Below, one piece after another: positions 1 to 11,025 of a DNA stretch of 64,000 nt. The position numbers were made by a program, and so were the translations under genes. The stretch comes from a bacterium (GTDB lineage Bacteria; UBA8248). Position 1 is the stretch's first letter. Every line of letters starts with the position of its first letter. Location of the stretch: positions 2,496,001 to 2,560,000 of the forward strand of contig OY843592.1 of NCBI GenBank assembly GCA_963692865.2. The letters run 5' to 3'. The notes under the pieces are model-generated. The model had not been told where the DNA came from. It made no database searches and saw nothing but the letters and a program-made list of their open reading frames with translations.

Positions 1-65
1 CCAGCTTCCTGCACTCCGACGGAACGAACCAGGTGATGCGCATTCGTTCCATGAAGTATTTATAG
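1..65 (+). CDS. C-terminal fragment of a probable acyl-CoA dehydrogenase (partial, window edge)
   Basis: Frame 3 reads SFLHSDGTNQVMRIRSMKYL*, resembling the (Y/H)xEGTxQI(Q/M)R C-terminal motif of acyl-CoA dehydrogenases; stop 11 nt before next gene. Confidence 0.5.
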   Translation, partial: SFLHSDGTNQVMRIRSMKYL

Positions 66-76
66 GCGGGCATGAA

Positions 77-1165
77 ATGACAAAATCGGTCATACGCTCA
101 CTCGAGGCGCTTCCTCTCAAAGTGCCTCTCAAGAAAACGTTTCAAAGCTCGCTCGGCGTCTATACCCACCTCGACGTCGTCGTGGCGCGCCTGCATACCG
201 AAGGCGGGCCGAGCGGCACGGGTTTCACGATGGGCCTGGGCGGCGAGGGCGGCGCCGCCATGCTGCCGTACATCGAAAATGAATTGGCCCCGCTGGCGGT
301 CGGGCAGGACGCCCTGGCCCCCGAGGCGCTTTGGCATCGCATGTGGGCGCCGAACAAGGCGAGAATGCGCGGCGGGCTGGGCTTGTATTCCCTCTCCGCG
401 GTGGACATCGCCTGCTGGGACGTCGTGGCGAAAGCCGCAGGCCTGCCCTTGCATCGCCTGCTGGGCGGGTTTCGCCAAAAAGTGCCCGTTTACGGCAGCG
501 GCGGCTGGCACACGCTCCCGGATTCCGAGTTGCTCGAAGAAGCCCAGGAAGCCGCCTCGCTCGGCATGAGCGGCTACAAGCTGAAGATCGGCACGCCGCG
601 CGACCGGGAACGCCTCGAGTTTCTCAGAAAGAATATGGGCGAGGATTTCATTCTCTATTGCGATGCGAACCAGAACTACAACGTGCGCGAGGCGGTGGAA
701 GTCTCATCCATGCTGGCGGAACTCGGCGTCGCATGGTTCGAGGAGCCCGTGCTGGCCGATTGCGTGGATGACCTCGCGGAAGTGGCCGAAAAGAGCATGG
801 TGCCCACCGCGGCGGGCGAGAACGCCTACATGCGCTGGGGATTTCGAGAGATATGCGAACGCCGGGCGGTCGGTTTCCTGCAGCCGGACGTTTGCCGCTG
901 CGGCGGGGTGACGGAGTTCATCAAAATCGCGCATCTGGCCGATGCCTTCAACATCTCCCTGAGCAGTCATCTGGCCCATGAACTGTCGGTCAGCCTCGTA
1001 GGCGCAACGCCCAGGGGCTATATGGTCGAATACATGGAGTTTTTCTCGCCGGATGATTTCACGCAGGATTTCACGGTGCGCGATGGACATATCCAGGTCC
1101 CCGATGCGCCCGGGCACGGCGTGGAATTCACGCCGGATGCGATTGAGCGATACAGAGTTTCCTGA
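77..1165 (+). CDS. Mandelate racemase/muconate lactonizing enzyme family protein (enolase superfamily)
   Basis: SAVDIACWD, KxK motif (KLKIG), metal ligands in DAN, EEP, GEN; QPD..RCGG; SSH. Confidence 0.9.
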   Translation: MTKSVIRSLEALPLKVPLKKTFQSSLGVYTHLDVVVARLHTEGGPSGTGFTMGLGGEGGAAMLPYIENELAPLAVGQDALAPEALWHRMWAPNKARMRGGLGLYSLSAVDIACWDVVAKAAGLPLHRLLGGFRQKVPVYGSGGWHTLPDSELLEEAQEAASLGMSGYKLKIGTPRDRERLEFLRKNMGEDFILYCDANQNYNVREAVEVSSMLAELGVAWFEEPVLADCVDDLAEVAEKSMVPTAAGENAYMRWGFREICERRAVGFLQPDVCRCGGVTEFIKIAHLADAFNISLSSHLAHELSVSLVGATPRGYMVEYMEFFSPDDFTQDFTVRDGHIQVPDAPGHGVEFTPDAIERYRVS

Positions 1166-1193
1166 ATTTCCAAGAACCATTTCTTGCTAGGAG

Positions 1194-2126
1194 ATGCGCA
1201 TGAGACTGTTGTCATACAATTACAGGGGCCTTGAAAGAGTCGGCGTGTACGTGGGGGATAAAATTGCCCACCTGTCGCGCCTGGCCGGAATTTCAGGCAA
1301 AAAAGAACTCGCATTCGGCAGCATGATAGAACTCATAAAAGCCTGGGAAGCGGATGGCCCTGCGTTGCATGACTTAATCGCGCAGGCGGAAGCGAATGCG
1401 GAAGAGTTGGCTCCCATCCTCATGGCGCCCGAAGACGTGCATCACATATCTCCGGTTCCTCACCCGCCCAAACATGTTCTTTGCATGGGGCTCAACTATC
1501 AGGACCACGTGAACGAGGGTCTGCAGGCGAAGGACGTACAAACGACGAGGGTTGAACTCGACCATCCCATCTTCTTCACAAAAGCGCAGAGTACCCTCAT
1601 CGGGCACAACGAAGGCATACCTGCGCATCGGGTGACGGAAAAACTCGACTATGAGGCCGAAATCGCCGTCATCATCGGGAAGCAAGGGAAAAACATCCCC
1701 AAAGACGAGGTTAATGACCACGTGTTTGGCTACTGTTGCGCAAACGACATCTCCGCGAGAGACATCCAGAGGCGCCACAAGCAGATTTTCAAGGGCAAGA
1801 CTCTTGATGGCACATGTCCGCTTGGACCATACATCGTCCCGAAAGAAGATTATGGCGACCCGATGAACCAGACCATCAGAAGCTGGGTGAACGGAGAAGC
1901 GCGCCAGGATTCGAACACGAACATGATGATTCACGATATTCCCTCGATGATTTCGGTGCTTTCGGAAGGTTTCACCCTGGAGCCGGGCGATATCTTTCTG
2001 ACGGGCACGCCTTCTGGCGTAGGCTACGCGCGAGAAACGCCCTCGTTTCTTGCGCCGGGCGATGTGGTGGAAGTGGAAGTCGGCGGATTGGGCCGTTTGC
2101 GAAACGTAATCGTGGATGTGGATTAG
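1194..2126 (+). CDS. Fumarylacetoacetate hydrolase family protein
   Basis: CMGLNY, FFTK, DYEAE, NDISARD, GKTLDGTCPLGP, LEPGDIFLTGTPSGVG. Confidence 0.92.
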   Translation: MRMRLLSYNYRGLERVGVYVGDKIAHLSRLAGISGKKELAFGSMIELIKAWEADGPALHDLIAQAEANAEELAPILMAPEDVHHISPVPHPPKHVLCMGLNYQDHVNEGLQAKDVQTTRVELDHPIFFTKAQSTLIGHNEGIPAHRVTEKLDYEAEIAVIIGKQGKNIPKDEVNDHVFGYCCANDISARDIQRRHKQIFKGKTLDGTCPLGPYIVPKEDYGDPMNQTIRSWVNGEARQDSNTNMMIHDIPSMISVLSEGFTLEPGDIFLTGTPSGVGYARETPSFLAPGDVVEVEVGGLGRLRNVIVDVD

Positions 2127-2158
2127 CTAATTCGCGAGCAAATCAAGGAGAAAAATGA

Positions 2159-2554
2159 ATGAGTGAGGCATTCTATCCCCCGGCGATTCGGCGTGGGGAT
2201 ACGCAATACGGGGAAGGTTACACGGAAAAACTATTCGGCAGGCTGAATAAGCTCGACCCTGACTTCTCTATGCTATTCCAGCGATTCGTTCATGGAGGTC
2301 TCTACGATCGCGATGTTCTTCCGCACAAGACCAGAGAATTTTGCGCACTCGCAGCTCTGTGCGTCACGGGCCGATTCAACCAAATGCGCTCTCATTTCAC
2401 GGCCGCGAGAAGTTACGGAGCGACGGACAAGGAAATCATGGAAGTGATTTTTCAAATGTCGCCATACAGTGGCGTTCCCGCCGTTTTGGAAAGCCTCCGG
2501 GTGTTCGAGGACTGGTTGGAATCGGGAGGCGCCATGACTGGATACGGGAAATAG
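2159..2554 (+). CDS. Carboxymuconolactone decarboxylase family protein
   Basis: L..KTRE...LAAL, H..AA..GAT..EI.EVIFQ...YSGVP; SD AAGGAG upstream. Confidence 0.85.
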   Translation: MSEAFYPPAIRRGDTQYGEGYTEKLFGRLNKLDPDFSMLFQRFVHGGLYDRDVLPHKTREFCALAALCVTGRFNQMRSHFTAARSYGATDKEIMEVIFQMSPYSGVPAVLESLRVFEDWLESGGAMTGYGK

Positions 2555-2557
2555 ACA

Positions 2558-3388
2558 ATGCTTTCTCCGCTGCCGAGAGAACGCGGCCTGAGAGACAAGG
2601 TGGCGCTCATCACCGGCGCAGGAGGCGGAATTGGACGCGGCATCGCTCGGTGCCTGGCGGAAGAAGGCGCCCATCTGGCGATGGCCGACATCTCACCATC
2701 CGGGGCTGAGATGGCCGCGAGAGAAATGGGCGAATTCGATATGAACGCTATTCCATACGCTCTCGATGTGACAGACAAAAGCCAGTGCATGGACATTGTA
2801 GATGCAATCATAAAAGAATTTGGCAGCTTGGATATTGTGGTTAACAATGCAGGCGTTATTGGCGGAGCGGATTTCAAACTTGGGATGCCTCTATCCGACA
2901 TCAATGAAGATGACTGGGACGACACGTATAACGTCAACGTCAAGGGAGTCTTTCTGTTGTGTCAAGCATCGCTTGAAAAAATGAAGGGGAAGGACTGGGG
3001 GCGCATCATCAATATCTCCTCACGCGCCGGGCGTGATGGCCGCGAAACCATACCCCATTACAGCGCGAGCAAAGCAGCGGTGATTATTTTCACCCAGGCG
3101 CTCGCGCGTGAAGTAGCGCGAGAAGGCATTACGGTGAACGCGGTTTGTCCTGGCCTGATATGGAGCGCAATGTGGGAGCAACTGGCGGAGCAGTTCAAGA
3201 AAAAATTCCCGAACTTCAAAGGGAAAACAGCCAGAGAAGTTTTTGACCATTTTGTGGAACAAACACCCATAGGAGTCGAGCAATCGATCGAAGATATTGG
3301 ACGAGCAGTCGCCTTTTTGGCGAGCGACGATGCGAAAACGATTACCGGCCAAGCTATTCTGGTTGATTCAGGAGCTGTGATGCGCTGA
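2558..3388 (+). CDS. SDR family NAD(P)-dependent oxidoreductase
   Basis: TGAGGGIG, NNAG, YSASK, VNAVCPG. Confidence 0.92.
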   Translation: MLSPLPRERGLRDKVALITGAGGGIGRGIARCLAEEGAHLAMADISPSGAEMAAREMGEFDMNAIPYALDVTDKSQCMDIVDAIIKEFGSLDIVVNNAGVIGGADFKLGMPLSDINEDDWDDTYNVNVKGVFLLCQASLEKMKGKDWGRIINISSRAGRDGRETIPHYSASKAAVIIFTQALAREVAREGITVNAVCPGLIWSAMWEQLAEQFKKKFPNFKGKTAREVFDHFVEQTPIGVEQSIEDIGRAVAFLASDDAKTITGQAILVDSGAVMR

Positions 3389-3546
3389 GGTTATATCTAT
3401 TGAAATTCAGTAGTTCGGTTGACTGGGTGTTTGTTTGACTTGTCTTTTCTGCCTTGATAAGTTGTTTTAACACCTACGGTTCGCTACAGAAACACTTTGT
3501 TTCTTGTGCCAATAAACATTTCGGAAAATTGATGGGACAATGCCCT

Positions 3547-4452
3547 ATGGGTAAGAAGTACACCATCATGGTGATACCGAGCAACTCTAGCGGAACCCGT
3601 CGCCTCAGCATCACGAGGGGAATGATAATTCTGCTGCTCTTATGTTTTTGCTCTCTTGTTGGAGCGACGCTATACCTGACACAAGAGAGAATTTCATTAA
3701 CGAAGCATTTGGCCAAACTCTCCCCCCTGGTACAACAAAACCAAACACAAAGGGAACTTCTTGAAAAATTCACGGGCAAACTCCAATCCCTGGACAACAA
3801 CCTGATACAACTCAAGCAACTTGAAGACCAGCTTCGAATCATGGCCTCGCTGAAACCGGGAAAACGAAAAGACGACCTGGGTGTGGGAGGTGTCTCAAAA
3901 CACGCGCTGTCTCACGACTTAGAGAAACTCGCCCCGTCTGAACAAAGGTTTATTCGGAGATTAAATCGTCAATTCCAAGATATTGAAAAGCGCTCCACCG
4001 AACAGGAAAGCGCGTTCAAAGACCTGCTAAGAGCATTCCGCGACAAAAGTGTATTGCTCGCCCACACACCCTCGATATGGCCTGTCAAGGGTTGGCTTTC
4101 GTCCAGCTTTGGTTACAGAAACTCCCCGTTTACGAATCGGCGAGAATTTCATGCGGGAATTGATGTCGTTGCAAGGGAGGGAACCCCCGTTTTCGCCCCG
4201 GCGGATGGCGTCGTCATTAGTGTAACAAGAGCGGGAGGATTTGGTAAAATTGTTCGAATCCGGCACATGCAGGGTATTGTGACTACATTTGCCCATAATA
4301 GCGTGAATTTAGTGAAAGTCGGTCAGCGTGTAAGGAGAGGTGAGATTATTGCTAGAGTCGGGTCCACAGGCAGATCCACCGGCCCACATCTTCACTACGA
4401 AGTTCGGATCAACGGAGTCGCCGTCAATCCCAGGCTGTATATCGTAGAGTAA
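3547..4452 (+). CDS. M23 family peptidase with N-terminal TM and coiled coil
   Basis: HAGID, FAHN, STGRSTGPHLHYEV; ATG 3547 chosen over TTG 3454; lies upstream of secA. Confidence 0.9.
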   Translation: MGKKYTIMVIPSNSSGTRRLSITRGMIILLLLCFCSLVGATLYLTQERISLTKHLAKLSPLVQQNQTQRELLEKFTGKLQSLDNNLIQLKQLEDQLRIMASLKPGKRKDDLGVGGVSKHALSHDLEKLAPSEQRFIRRLNRQFQDIEKRSTEQESAFKDLLRAFRDKSVLLAHTPSIWPVKGWLSSSFGYRNSPFTNRREFHAGIDVVAREGTPVFAPADGVVISVTRAGGFGKIVRIRHMQGIVTTFAHNSVNLVKVGQRVRRGEIIARVGSTGRSTGPHLHYEVRINGVAVNPRLYIVE

Positions 4453-4570
4453 AAACTGCCACCATCCCGCCTGACGTATTCGCTTTTTCTCTCTAAGACA
4501 CCATGGTAATCTACGTTTGCGCAAAAGGTGATTCGCACCTATGAACCGTATGGAGTGAATGGAGTGATGA

Positions 4571-7393
4571 ATGATAGGCTCAGTTTTTGGATCAAGCAAA
4601 TCGATGTTCAAATCGGTATTCGGGACGGCAAATGACCGCTTGCTCAAAAAGGTGCATCCGGTAGTCACGGAGATAAATTCTTACGAATCCCGCGTGAAAG
4701 AGATTCCTGATTCACAGATGCGCGAGGAAACTGAACACTTCAAAGAGCGGCTCGCCGCCGGTGAAACATTGGATGATATTCTACCGGAAGCGTTTGCTTT
4801 GGTGCGAGAAGCCGGCTGGCGTCATCTCCAAATGCGTCATTTCGATGTTCAACTCATAGGAGGCATTATTCTTCACAGCGGGAAAATTGCCGAGATGAAA
4901 ACCGGGGAAGGCAAAACCCTCGTCGCTACTCTTGCGGCCTATTTGAATGCCTTAGAGGGCAAGGGTGTGCACATCGTTACAGTGAACGACTATCTCGCGA
5001 GCCGCGATTCTGAATGGATGGGCCGTCTGTTTAGAGCACTCGGTCTCACGGTTGGGTGCATACAGCATGGCATGGATGACGACACGCGTCGCCGCGCATA
5101 TGCCTGCGACATTACATACGGCACCAATAATGAGTTCGGGTTCGATTATTTGAGAGACAACATGAAATTCGAGTCCGGCACTAGGGTCATGCGTGAGCTA
5201 AATTACGCCATCGTGGATGAAGTTGATAGTATATTGATTGATGAAGCGAGGACTCCTCTCATCATCAGTGGGCCGGCGGATGAGGCCACACGGATGTATG
5301 GCGTTGTAAACCGCGTCATACGTCCCCTGCTGAAAGAACAGCAAGGCGTTGTCGAGAAAGACCACGAGGAAGAAGACGATGGATATGTCGAAGGCGGCAA
5401 AGATGTTATCAGCAAGAAAAAATACGAATATCTGCTCGTCGATGAAAAAAGCCGAACAGTAAACCTAAAAGAAACGGGTGGGCACGAAGCCGAAAAACTT
5501 CTCCGCCGCTCCGGTATCATGTCGAATGACCAAAGTTTGTATGATATGAGCAGCATCACGGTGCTGCATCATGTGGAACAGGCTCTTAAGGCGCACGTCT
5601 TGTTCACGAAAGACATTGATTATGTCGTGAAGGACAACGAAGTTGTAATAGTCGATGAGTTCACGGGGCGCATGATGCCGGGCAGACGTTTTAGTGATGG
5701 CCTGCATCAGGCGTTGGAAGCGAAAGAGGGCGTCAAGGTTCAGGAAGAAAACGTGACACTGGCGACCATTACGTTCCAGAATTATTTCAGGCTCTACAGC
5801 AAATTGGCCGGCATGACCGGTACAGCGGATACTGAAGCCGCGGAATTCAATTCCACATACAAAATAGATGTGGCCGTCGTGCCGACGAATCGTGAATTGA
5901 TTCGAACCGAACACCCTGACGTGGTCTATCGCTCGGAACATGAAAAGATAGACGCCGTCGTGGACGAGATATTTGAATGCCACAAGAGGGGACAACCAGT
6001 ACTGGTAGGTACAATCAATATAGAAAAAAGTGAAAGACTCGCCTCGATCCTAAAAAGAAGACGTATTCCACATCATGTGCTCAACGCGAAAAACCATAGT
6101 AAAGAAGCGGAAATCATTGCCCAGGCAGGGCGCAAAGGAGCTGTCACCATCTCTACCAACATGGCGGGTCGTGGAACGGACATCCTTCTTGGCGGCAATC
6201 CGGAGTTTCTCGCTTCTGCAAAAACGAACACGAATGAAGGCTCTGAGTATGAGGAGGCACTGAAAGATTTTCGGGTGACTTGTCAAGCAGAGCATGACGA
6301 AGTGGTCAAGCTGGGGGGTCTTCATGTGTTAGCTACCGAACGCCACGAAAGCCGCCGCATCGACAACCAACTCCGTGGCCGCTCAGGCAGGCAGGGGGAC
6401 CCAGGAAGTTCGCGGTTCTTCCTTTCCTTAGAAGATGACTTGCTGCGTATTTTTGGCTCCGACAGAATCAAAGGTTTGATGGAAAAATTAGGGATGGAGG
6501 AGGGGGTTCCCATTGAAGCCAAAATGGTGACGCGCGCCATAGAGAATGCTCAGAAACGCGTTGAGGCGCATCATTTCGAGATGAGAAAACATCTTCTCGA
6601 ATATGATGACGTGATGAATAAGCAACGCGAGGTCATCTATTCAATGCGTCGAGAAATTTTAGAAGGTGCCGATGTACTTGATCGAATCAGAGAATTTGCA
6701 TCTAGTATCCTTGATTCCATTGTTGATTTGCATTTGCCGGAGTCAGAACATTTTGAAGATTGGGATTTGGAGGCTTTCTCGGGCGCGGTTGAGAGTCAAT
6801 ATGGTATCCATGCGACAGTAGAAGGACAAAAAGTCATTTTCTCAACCTCCGATCCCATGGTTGTGGATGTCGAAGAGTTGCCTAGAGATGAACTCGTCCA
6901 AAAAGTCCACAATTTCGTACAGGACGTTTTGGAGGATAAATACCGCGATTTTGATCCTGAGACCGTCCTGGAACTCGCAAAACTCATTTATATCCAGATA
7001 TTGGATACGCAGTGGAAAGACCACCTGACAAACATAGAACAACTCAAAGAGGGAATTGGACTGAGAGGCTATGCGCAGGTAAACCCCTTGAACGAATACA
7101 AGAAAGAAGCTTTTGACATGTTCGGAACAATGACTGAAAGAATTGAGGCAGAGACGGTTCTGTATATGTATCGACTCGATGTTTCGGATGAGGATGTCGT
7201 CTTGGACGAATCGCGCCATGAACAAGAAATGGTATTCTCCCATGCGGACGCGGCGGGATTTGGAGATGCTCCTCCCGGAGAGACAATACAGACATCCACC
7301 CCGGTTAGACGAACCACTCCCAAGGTTGGACGCAATGATCCATGCCCTTGCGGCAGTGGCAAAAAATACAAGTTTTGCTGCGGAAGATCATAA
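4571..7393 (+). CDS. secA: Preprotein translocase ATPase SecA
   Basis: [44 protein letters not shown]-terminal [17 protein letters not shown]. Confidence 0.99.
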   Translation: MIGSVFGSSKSMFKSVFGTANDRLLKKVHPVVTEINSYESRVKEIPDSQMREETEHFKERLAAGETLDDILPEAFALVREAGWRHLQMRHFDVQLIGGIILHSGKIAEMKTGEGKTLVATLAAYLNALEGKGVHIVTVNDYLASRDSEWMGRLFRALGLTVGCIQHGMDDDTRRRAYACDITYGTNNEFGFDYLRDNMKFESGTRVMRELNYAIVDEVDSILIDEARTPLIISGPADEATRMYGVVNRVIRPLLKEQQGVVEKDHEEEDDGYVEGGKDVISKKKYEYLLVDEKSRTVNLKETGGHEAEKLLRRSGIMSNDQSLYDMSSITVLHHVEQALKAHVLFTKDIDYVVKDNEVVIVDEFTGRMMPGRRFSDGLHQALEAKEGVKVQEENVTLATITFQNYFRLYSKLAGMTGTADTEAAEFNSTYKIDVAVVPTNRELIRTEHPDVVYRSEHEKIDAVVDEIFECHKRGQPVLVGTINIEKSERLASILKRRRIPHHVLNAKNHSKEAEIIAQAGRKGAVTISTNMAGRGTDILLGGNPEFLASAKTNTNEGSEYEEALKDFRVTCQAEHDEVVKLGGLHVLATERHESRRIDNQLRGRSGRQGDPGSSRFFLSLEDDLLRIFGSDRIKGLMEKLGMEEGVPIEAKMVTRAIENAQKRVEAHHFEMRKHLLEYDDVMNKQREVIYSMRREILEGADVLDRIREFASSILDSIVDLHLPESEHFEDWDLEAFSGAVESQYGIHATVEGQKVIFSTSDPMVVDVEELPRDELVQKVHNFVQDVLEDKYRDFDPETVLELAKLIYIQILDTQWKDHLTNIEQLKEGIGLRGYAQVNPLNEYKKEAFDMFGTMTERIEAETVLYMYRLDVSDEDVVLDESRHEQEMVFSHADAAGFGDAPPGETIQTSTPVRRTTPKVGRNDPCPCGSGKKYKFCCGRS

Positions 7394-7502
7394 CGCTTCC
7401 ATACCACATACATGGTATGCAACAACAAGGTTTCTATTCAGGCGATGGATCCGTTAGCTTGCGTCCATTCAAAAATGAAACATTTTCTCTTATCGTGAAG
7501 GT

Positions 7503-8525
7503 ATGAAAATGCAGTTCGGAATCATGCTTAGAGGTCAATTCACTTTGGAAGACGACATGCAATCCCGCTTCCGGGAATTGATGCAACAAGCAAGGAAGGC
7601 GCAAGACTTAGGGTTCGTCTCGGTCACCAAAGGAAACCACTATAGCGCTTACCCACTTCAGGATTTCCAGCAATTGCCTTTTCTCGCTCGTATCAGTGCT
7701 GAAGCCCCAAAGCTGCGTCTTAATGCTGGCATCGTCCTGTTGTCGCTCCACAAACCGATGGATATGGCTGAACAGCTGGCAACGATTGACGTGATGTCAG
7801 GGGGAAAACTTATTTTCGGTGCCGGACTCGGCTACCGTGAAGTGGAATTCAGGGGATTCGGCACAACGCAAAAGGAGAGGGTAAAGCGTCTTGAGGAAAA
7901 CTTGGAAGCCATCAAGCGACTATGGGCAGAAGAAAAAGTTTCGATGAAAGGTTCTCACTTCGAGCTCATCGAAGCATCGTGTCCTATGAAACCTATTCAA
8001 AAACCACATCCTCCAATTTGGATTGGAGCTAACAGCGATGCGGGCATACGCCGTGCAGCAAGGCTGGGAGATTGTTATTACGTGAACCCGCACAATCGCC
8101 TCGACACTACAAAGCGTCAAATCGATCTTTACCGTCGGACATTGGACGAACTCGGCAAACCCTTTCCTGCAGAATTTCCGATGCGCCGCGAGGTGTTCGT
8201 CGCAAAAGACCATGCGGAAGCAATTCGACTCAGCAAGCCTTATCTCGAGATTAAGTATCGTGAATACCATCGCTGGGGCCAGGACAAGGCCATGCCCGAG
8301 GGGGACGACGACCTCGGGCAGCAGTTCGAGGACCTGTTGCAGGACAGGTTTATTCTCGGTTCCCCGGACGAAGTTGCGGATAAAATGCTGGAGTTGGCGA
8401 AACTCGGGATCAATCACCTCATCATCAGCATTCAATGGCCGGGGATGCCGCAATCCCTCGTTTTGGAAACGATGCAATTGCTGGCCGAGCAGGTGTTTCC
8501 AAAAGTTCGGGAAGGGGTGAAATAA
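7503..8525 (+). CDS. LLM class flavin-dependent oxidoreductase
   Basis: AEQLATIDVMSGGKLIFGAGLGYREVEF, KPIQKPHPPIWIGA, GSPDEV. Confidence 0.88.
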   Translation: MKMQFGIMLRGQFTLEDDMQSRFRELMQQARKAQDLGFVSVTKGNHYSAYPLQDFQQLPFLARISAEAPKLRLNAGIVLLSLHKPMDMAEQLATIDVMSGGKLIFGAGLGYREVEFRGFGTTQKERVKRLEENLEAIKRLWAEEKVSMKGSHFELIEASCPMKPIQKPHPPIWIGANSDAGIRRAARLGDCYYVNPHNRLDTTKRQIDLYRRTLDELGKPFPAEFPMRREVFVAKDHAEAIRLSKPYLEIKYREYHRWGQDKAMPEGDDDLGQQFEDLLQDRFILGSPDEVADKMLELAKLGINHLIISIQWPGMPQSLVLETMQLLAEQVFPKVREGVK

Positions 8526-8526
8526 C

Positions 8527-9948
8527 GTGTCGTCAACACCCAGTGAAATACTTTGTCAGTTTGCCCATGAATTGAAATATTCTGATATTCCTCCACAAGT
8601 GGTTCACAAGGCGAAGTTGTTGATTCTCGATTTCATGGGGATTGCCCTGGCGGCCTGTTCGACGGAAATCGACAAGCCCTTGCGCGCAATGACGAATGCC
8701 ATTACTGGAAAAGTTTCGCACAGGGAAAACATTTCCGGTGTGTCAGGTTATTGCAGTGCGATAGGAGAAAAATCTCGAATTCCTGCATCCAACGCCGCTT
8801 TTTTGAACGGCGCACTGGGACATTCCCTCGACTTTGACGACACACACGCGAAGTCAATCATCCATACCGCTGCACCGGTTGTGCCAGCGGCTTTCGCGGG
8901 AGCGGAAGAATTCCAGAAAACGGGAGAAGATTTAATTCGAGCCTGTGTGGCCGGGTTCGAATCGGAAATCAGAATCGGGTTGGCCGCTCCTGGCAAATTC
9001 CATGCCCGCGGCTTCCATATGACGGCCATCGCCGGTACTTTTGGCGCCGCCATAGCGTATGCGCTTCAGAGCGGATTGAGCACTGAAAGAATGAACTGGG
9101 CTCTCGGCATATGTGGAAGCATGGCTGCTGGGCTCTTTGAATATTTGGAAAACGGAAGCCCTGTAAAAGCGCTTCATCCCGGTTGGGCGGCGCATGGTGG
9201 TATTTGTTCCACGATTCTTGCGAGCCATGATTTCGCCGGTCCACAAACAGTATTCGAGGGCAGATTCGGCTTGCTCAAAAGCCATCTCGGTGATGAAGAA
9301 TTCGACGTTGAAGCACTCACACGAAGCCTGTTTGAAACTTGGGAGACTCTGGCCATTGGTTTCAAGCCTTATCCTTGCGGCCATGTGATTCATGCGTTTT
9401 TGGATGCCGGGCTACGCCTCAAAATACGAGAGAAAATACCTCACTCCAGAATCAAAAGCATTATTTGCCATGCGTCCAAAGGAGCAATTGACCTGGTGCT
9501 CGACCCGATCCAGGTAAAGCGAAAACCCAGGGGTGAATACGATGCAAAATTCTCTTTGCCGTATTGTCTGGCGAGTATTTTTGTAAGAGACACGTGTGGA
9601 GTAGATGATTTCGAAAAAAATGCAATAGCAGACCCCGTAGTTCTGGCCCTAGCGGATAAGGTCTCCTTCACCCAGGATGACACCCAAGATTTTCCGAGGT
9701 TCTTCCCTGGCGTCGTAGAAGTTCGCCTAGATGATGGAAACACCTTTATCCAGGAAGAAAAACATCAAAGAGGATGTGCTGAAAACCCATTCACGGATGA
9801 GGATGTGTATGAGAAATTCAAGGACAATGCCCGGCGGAGTCTCTTGCCAGGAAAAGCAGAAGATTTGATGGCGATTGTGATGAATCTCGAAAATTTGGAG
9901 AACGTAAACGCAATTGGTGCATTCTTAAGAAAAGCAACTAATCATTGA
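8527..9948 (+). CDS. MmgE/PrpD family protein
   Basis: AAFLNG..GHSLDFDDTH, RGFH, KALHPG, FKPYPCG, AKFSLPY. Confidence 0.92.
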   Translation: MSSTPSEILCQFAHELKYSDIPPQVVHKAKLLILDFMGIALAACSTEIDKPLRAMTNAITGKVSHRENISGVSGYCSAIGEKSRIPASNAAFLNGALGHSLDFDDTHAKSIIHTAAPVVPAAFAGAEEFQKTGEDLIRACVAGFESEIRIGLAAPGKFHARGFHMTAIAGTFGAAIAYALQSGLSTERMNWALGICGSMAAGLFEYLENGSPVKALHPGWAAHGGICSTILASHDFAGPQTVFEGRFGLLKSHLGDEEFDVEALTRSLFETWETLAIGFKPYPCGHVIHAFLDAGLRLKIREKIPHSRIKSIICHASKGAIDLVLDPIQVKRKPRGEYDAKFSLPYCLASIFVRDTCGVDDFEKNAIADPVVLALADKVSFTQDDTQDFPRFFPGVVEVRLDDGNTFIQEEKHQRGCAENPFTDEDVYEKFKDNARRSLLPGKAEDLMAIVMNLENLENVNAIGAFLRKATNH

Positions 9949-11011
9949 GTGGGTCTTCAATCACCGTCACAAAATCCGGCATAATGCGAAATCTGATCTC
10001 CTCGCCGATGTCTACTCTTAAGTTAGGGTGTACGCGCATTTTCAACCGGCGTCCCTTGCCGATTTCGTCAATTATTTCGACTTCCAACAGGATAGATTGC
10101 CCCACGTAGCGAATGGTGCAAACCTTCGCTCCAAAGGGGCCGTTCGGGACGATTTCAAAACTCTCGGGCCTGATGGAAATAAAAGCATCCGTGCCGAATT
10201 CAAGGTCTCGCATGGAGAGGCAGGGCACGGGCCCGATACTCGTCATCACCTCATCATAGCCGGTCGATAAAATGATGCCTTGCAAGATGTTGGTCTGCCC
10301 GACAAATCGAGCAGTGAATTCCGTGGCAGGGAATTGATAAATTTCACGAGGTGAGCCGCCTTGTTCAACTTTTCCATTTCGCATGATCAAAATATGGTCA
10401 GCCATATACATCGCTTCCTGCGGGTCGTGTGTGACCATCAACGTGGTAACGCCCATTTGTTTGATTAACCTCAGTGTATCCTCGCGCACTTGAATTCGCA
10501 GGTTGATGTCAAGCCCGGTAAATGGTTCGTCTAGAAGCAAAAGCCGGGGGAGAGGCGCTAGCGCCCGAAGCAGGGCAACGCGTTGTTGCTGGCCGCCTGA
10601 AAGAGTGTGGGGGTAAGCACCTGTTAATTCTACGATATCCATCTGGATCATTGCTCTTTGAATTTCAGCCAGCTTTTCCGGTGAAGGGTTGTTGAGGCCG
10701 AATGTGATGTTGTGCAAAACATCCATGTGAGGGAAAAGGGCGTAATCTTGGAACATGAATCCTATGTTTCTCTTTTCCGGTGGTGTCTCGATTCCATTCG
10801 TCGGTTCCGATATGACCTTTTTGTCAAGACGAATCCTCCCAGACTGCAGCGAAGTCAGCCCGGCCACCAAACGCAACAATGTTGTCTTGCCACATCCTGA
10901 AGGCCCAAGCAGACATGCAACTTCTCCCTCTTCGACAGTCAAAGACAGGTTCTCGATGACTTCTTTGGTTCCATATGAATGCGATATATTCTCAATATCG
11001 AGCTTGGCCAT
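9938..11011 (-). CDS. Fe3+ ABC transporter ATP-binding subunit (FbpC-like, C-terminal TOBE)
   Basis: GPSGCGKT, FQDYALFPH, LSGGQQQR, LLLDEP; last gene of Fe3+ ABC cluster. Confidence 0.9.
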   Translation of the reverse strand: MAKLDIENISHSYGTKEVIENLSLTVEEGEVACLLGPSGCGKTTLLRLVAGLTSLQSGRIRLDKKVISEPTNGIETPPEKRNIGFMFQDYALFPHMDVLHNITFGLNNPSPEKLAEIQRAMIQMDIVELTGAYPHTLSGGQQQRVALLRALAPLPRLLLLDEPFTGLDINLRIQVREDTLRLIKQMGVTTLMVTHDPQEAMYMADHILIMRNGKVEQGGSPREIYQFPATEFTARFVGQTNILQGIILSTGYDEVMTSIGPVPCLSMRDLEFGTDAFISIRPESFEIVPNGPFGAKVCTIRYVGQSILLEVEIIDEIGKGRRLKMRVHPNLRVDIGEEIRFRIMPDFVTVIEDPLND

Positions 11012-11025
11012 TTAGAGTGTGGTCC

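Noticed and set aside
5335-5430. Acidic insertion in SecA as intein or mobile insert
   Set aside because: Only about 25-30 aa, no intein splice motifs; consistent with a variable loop
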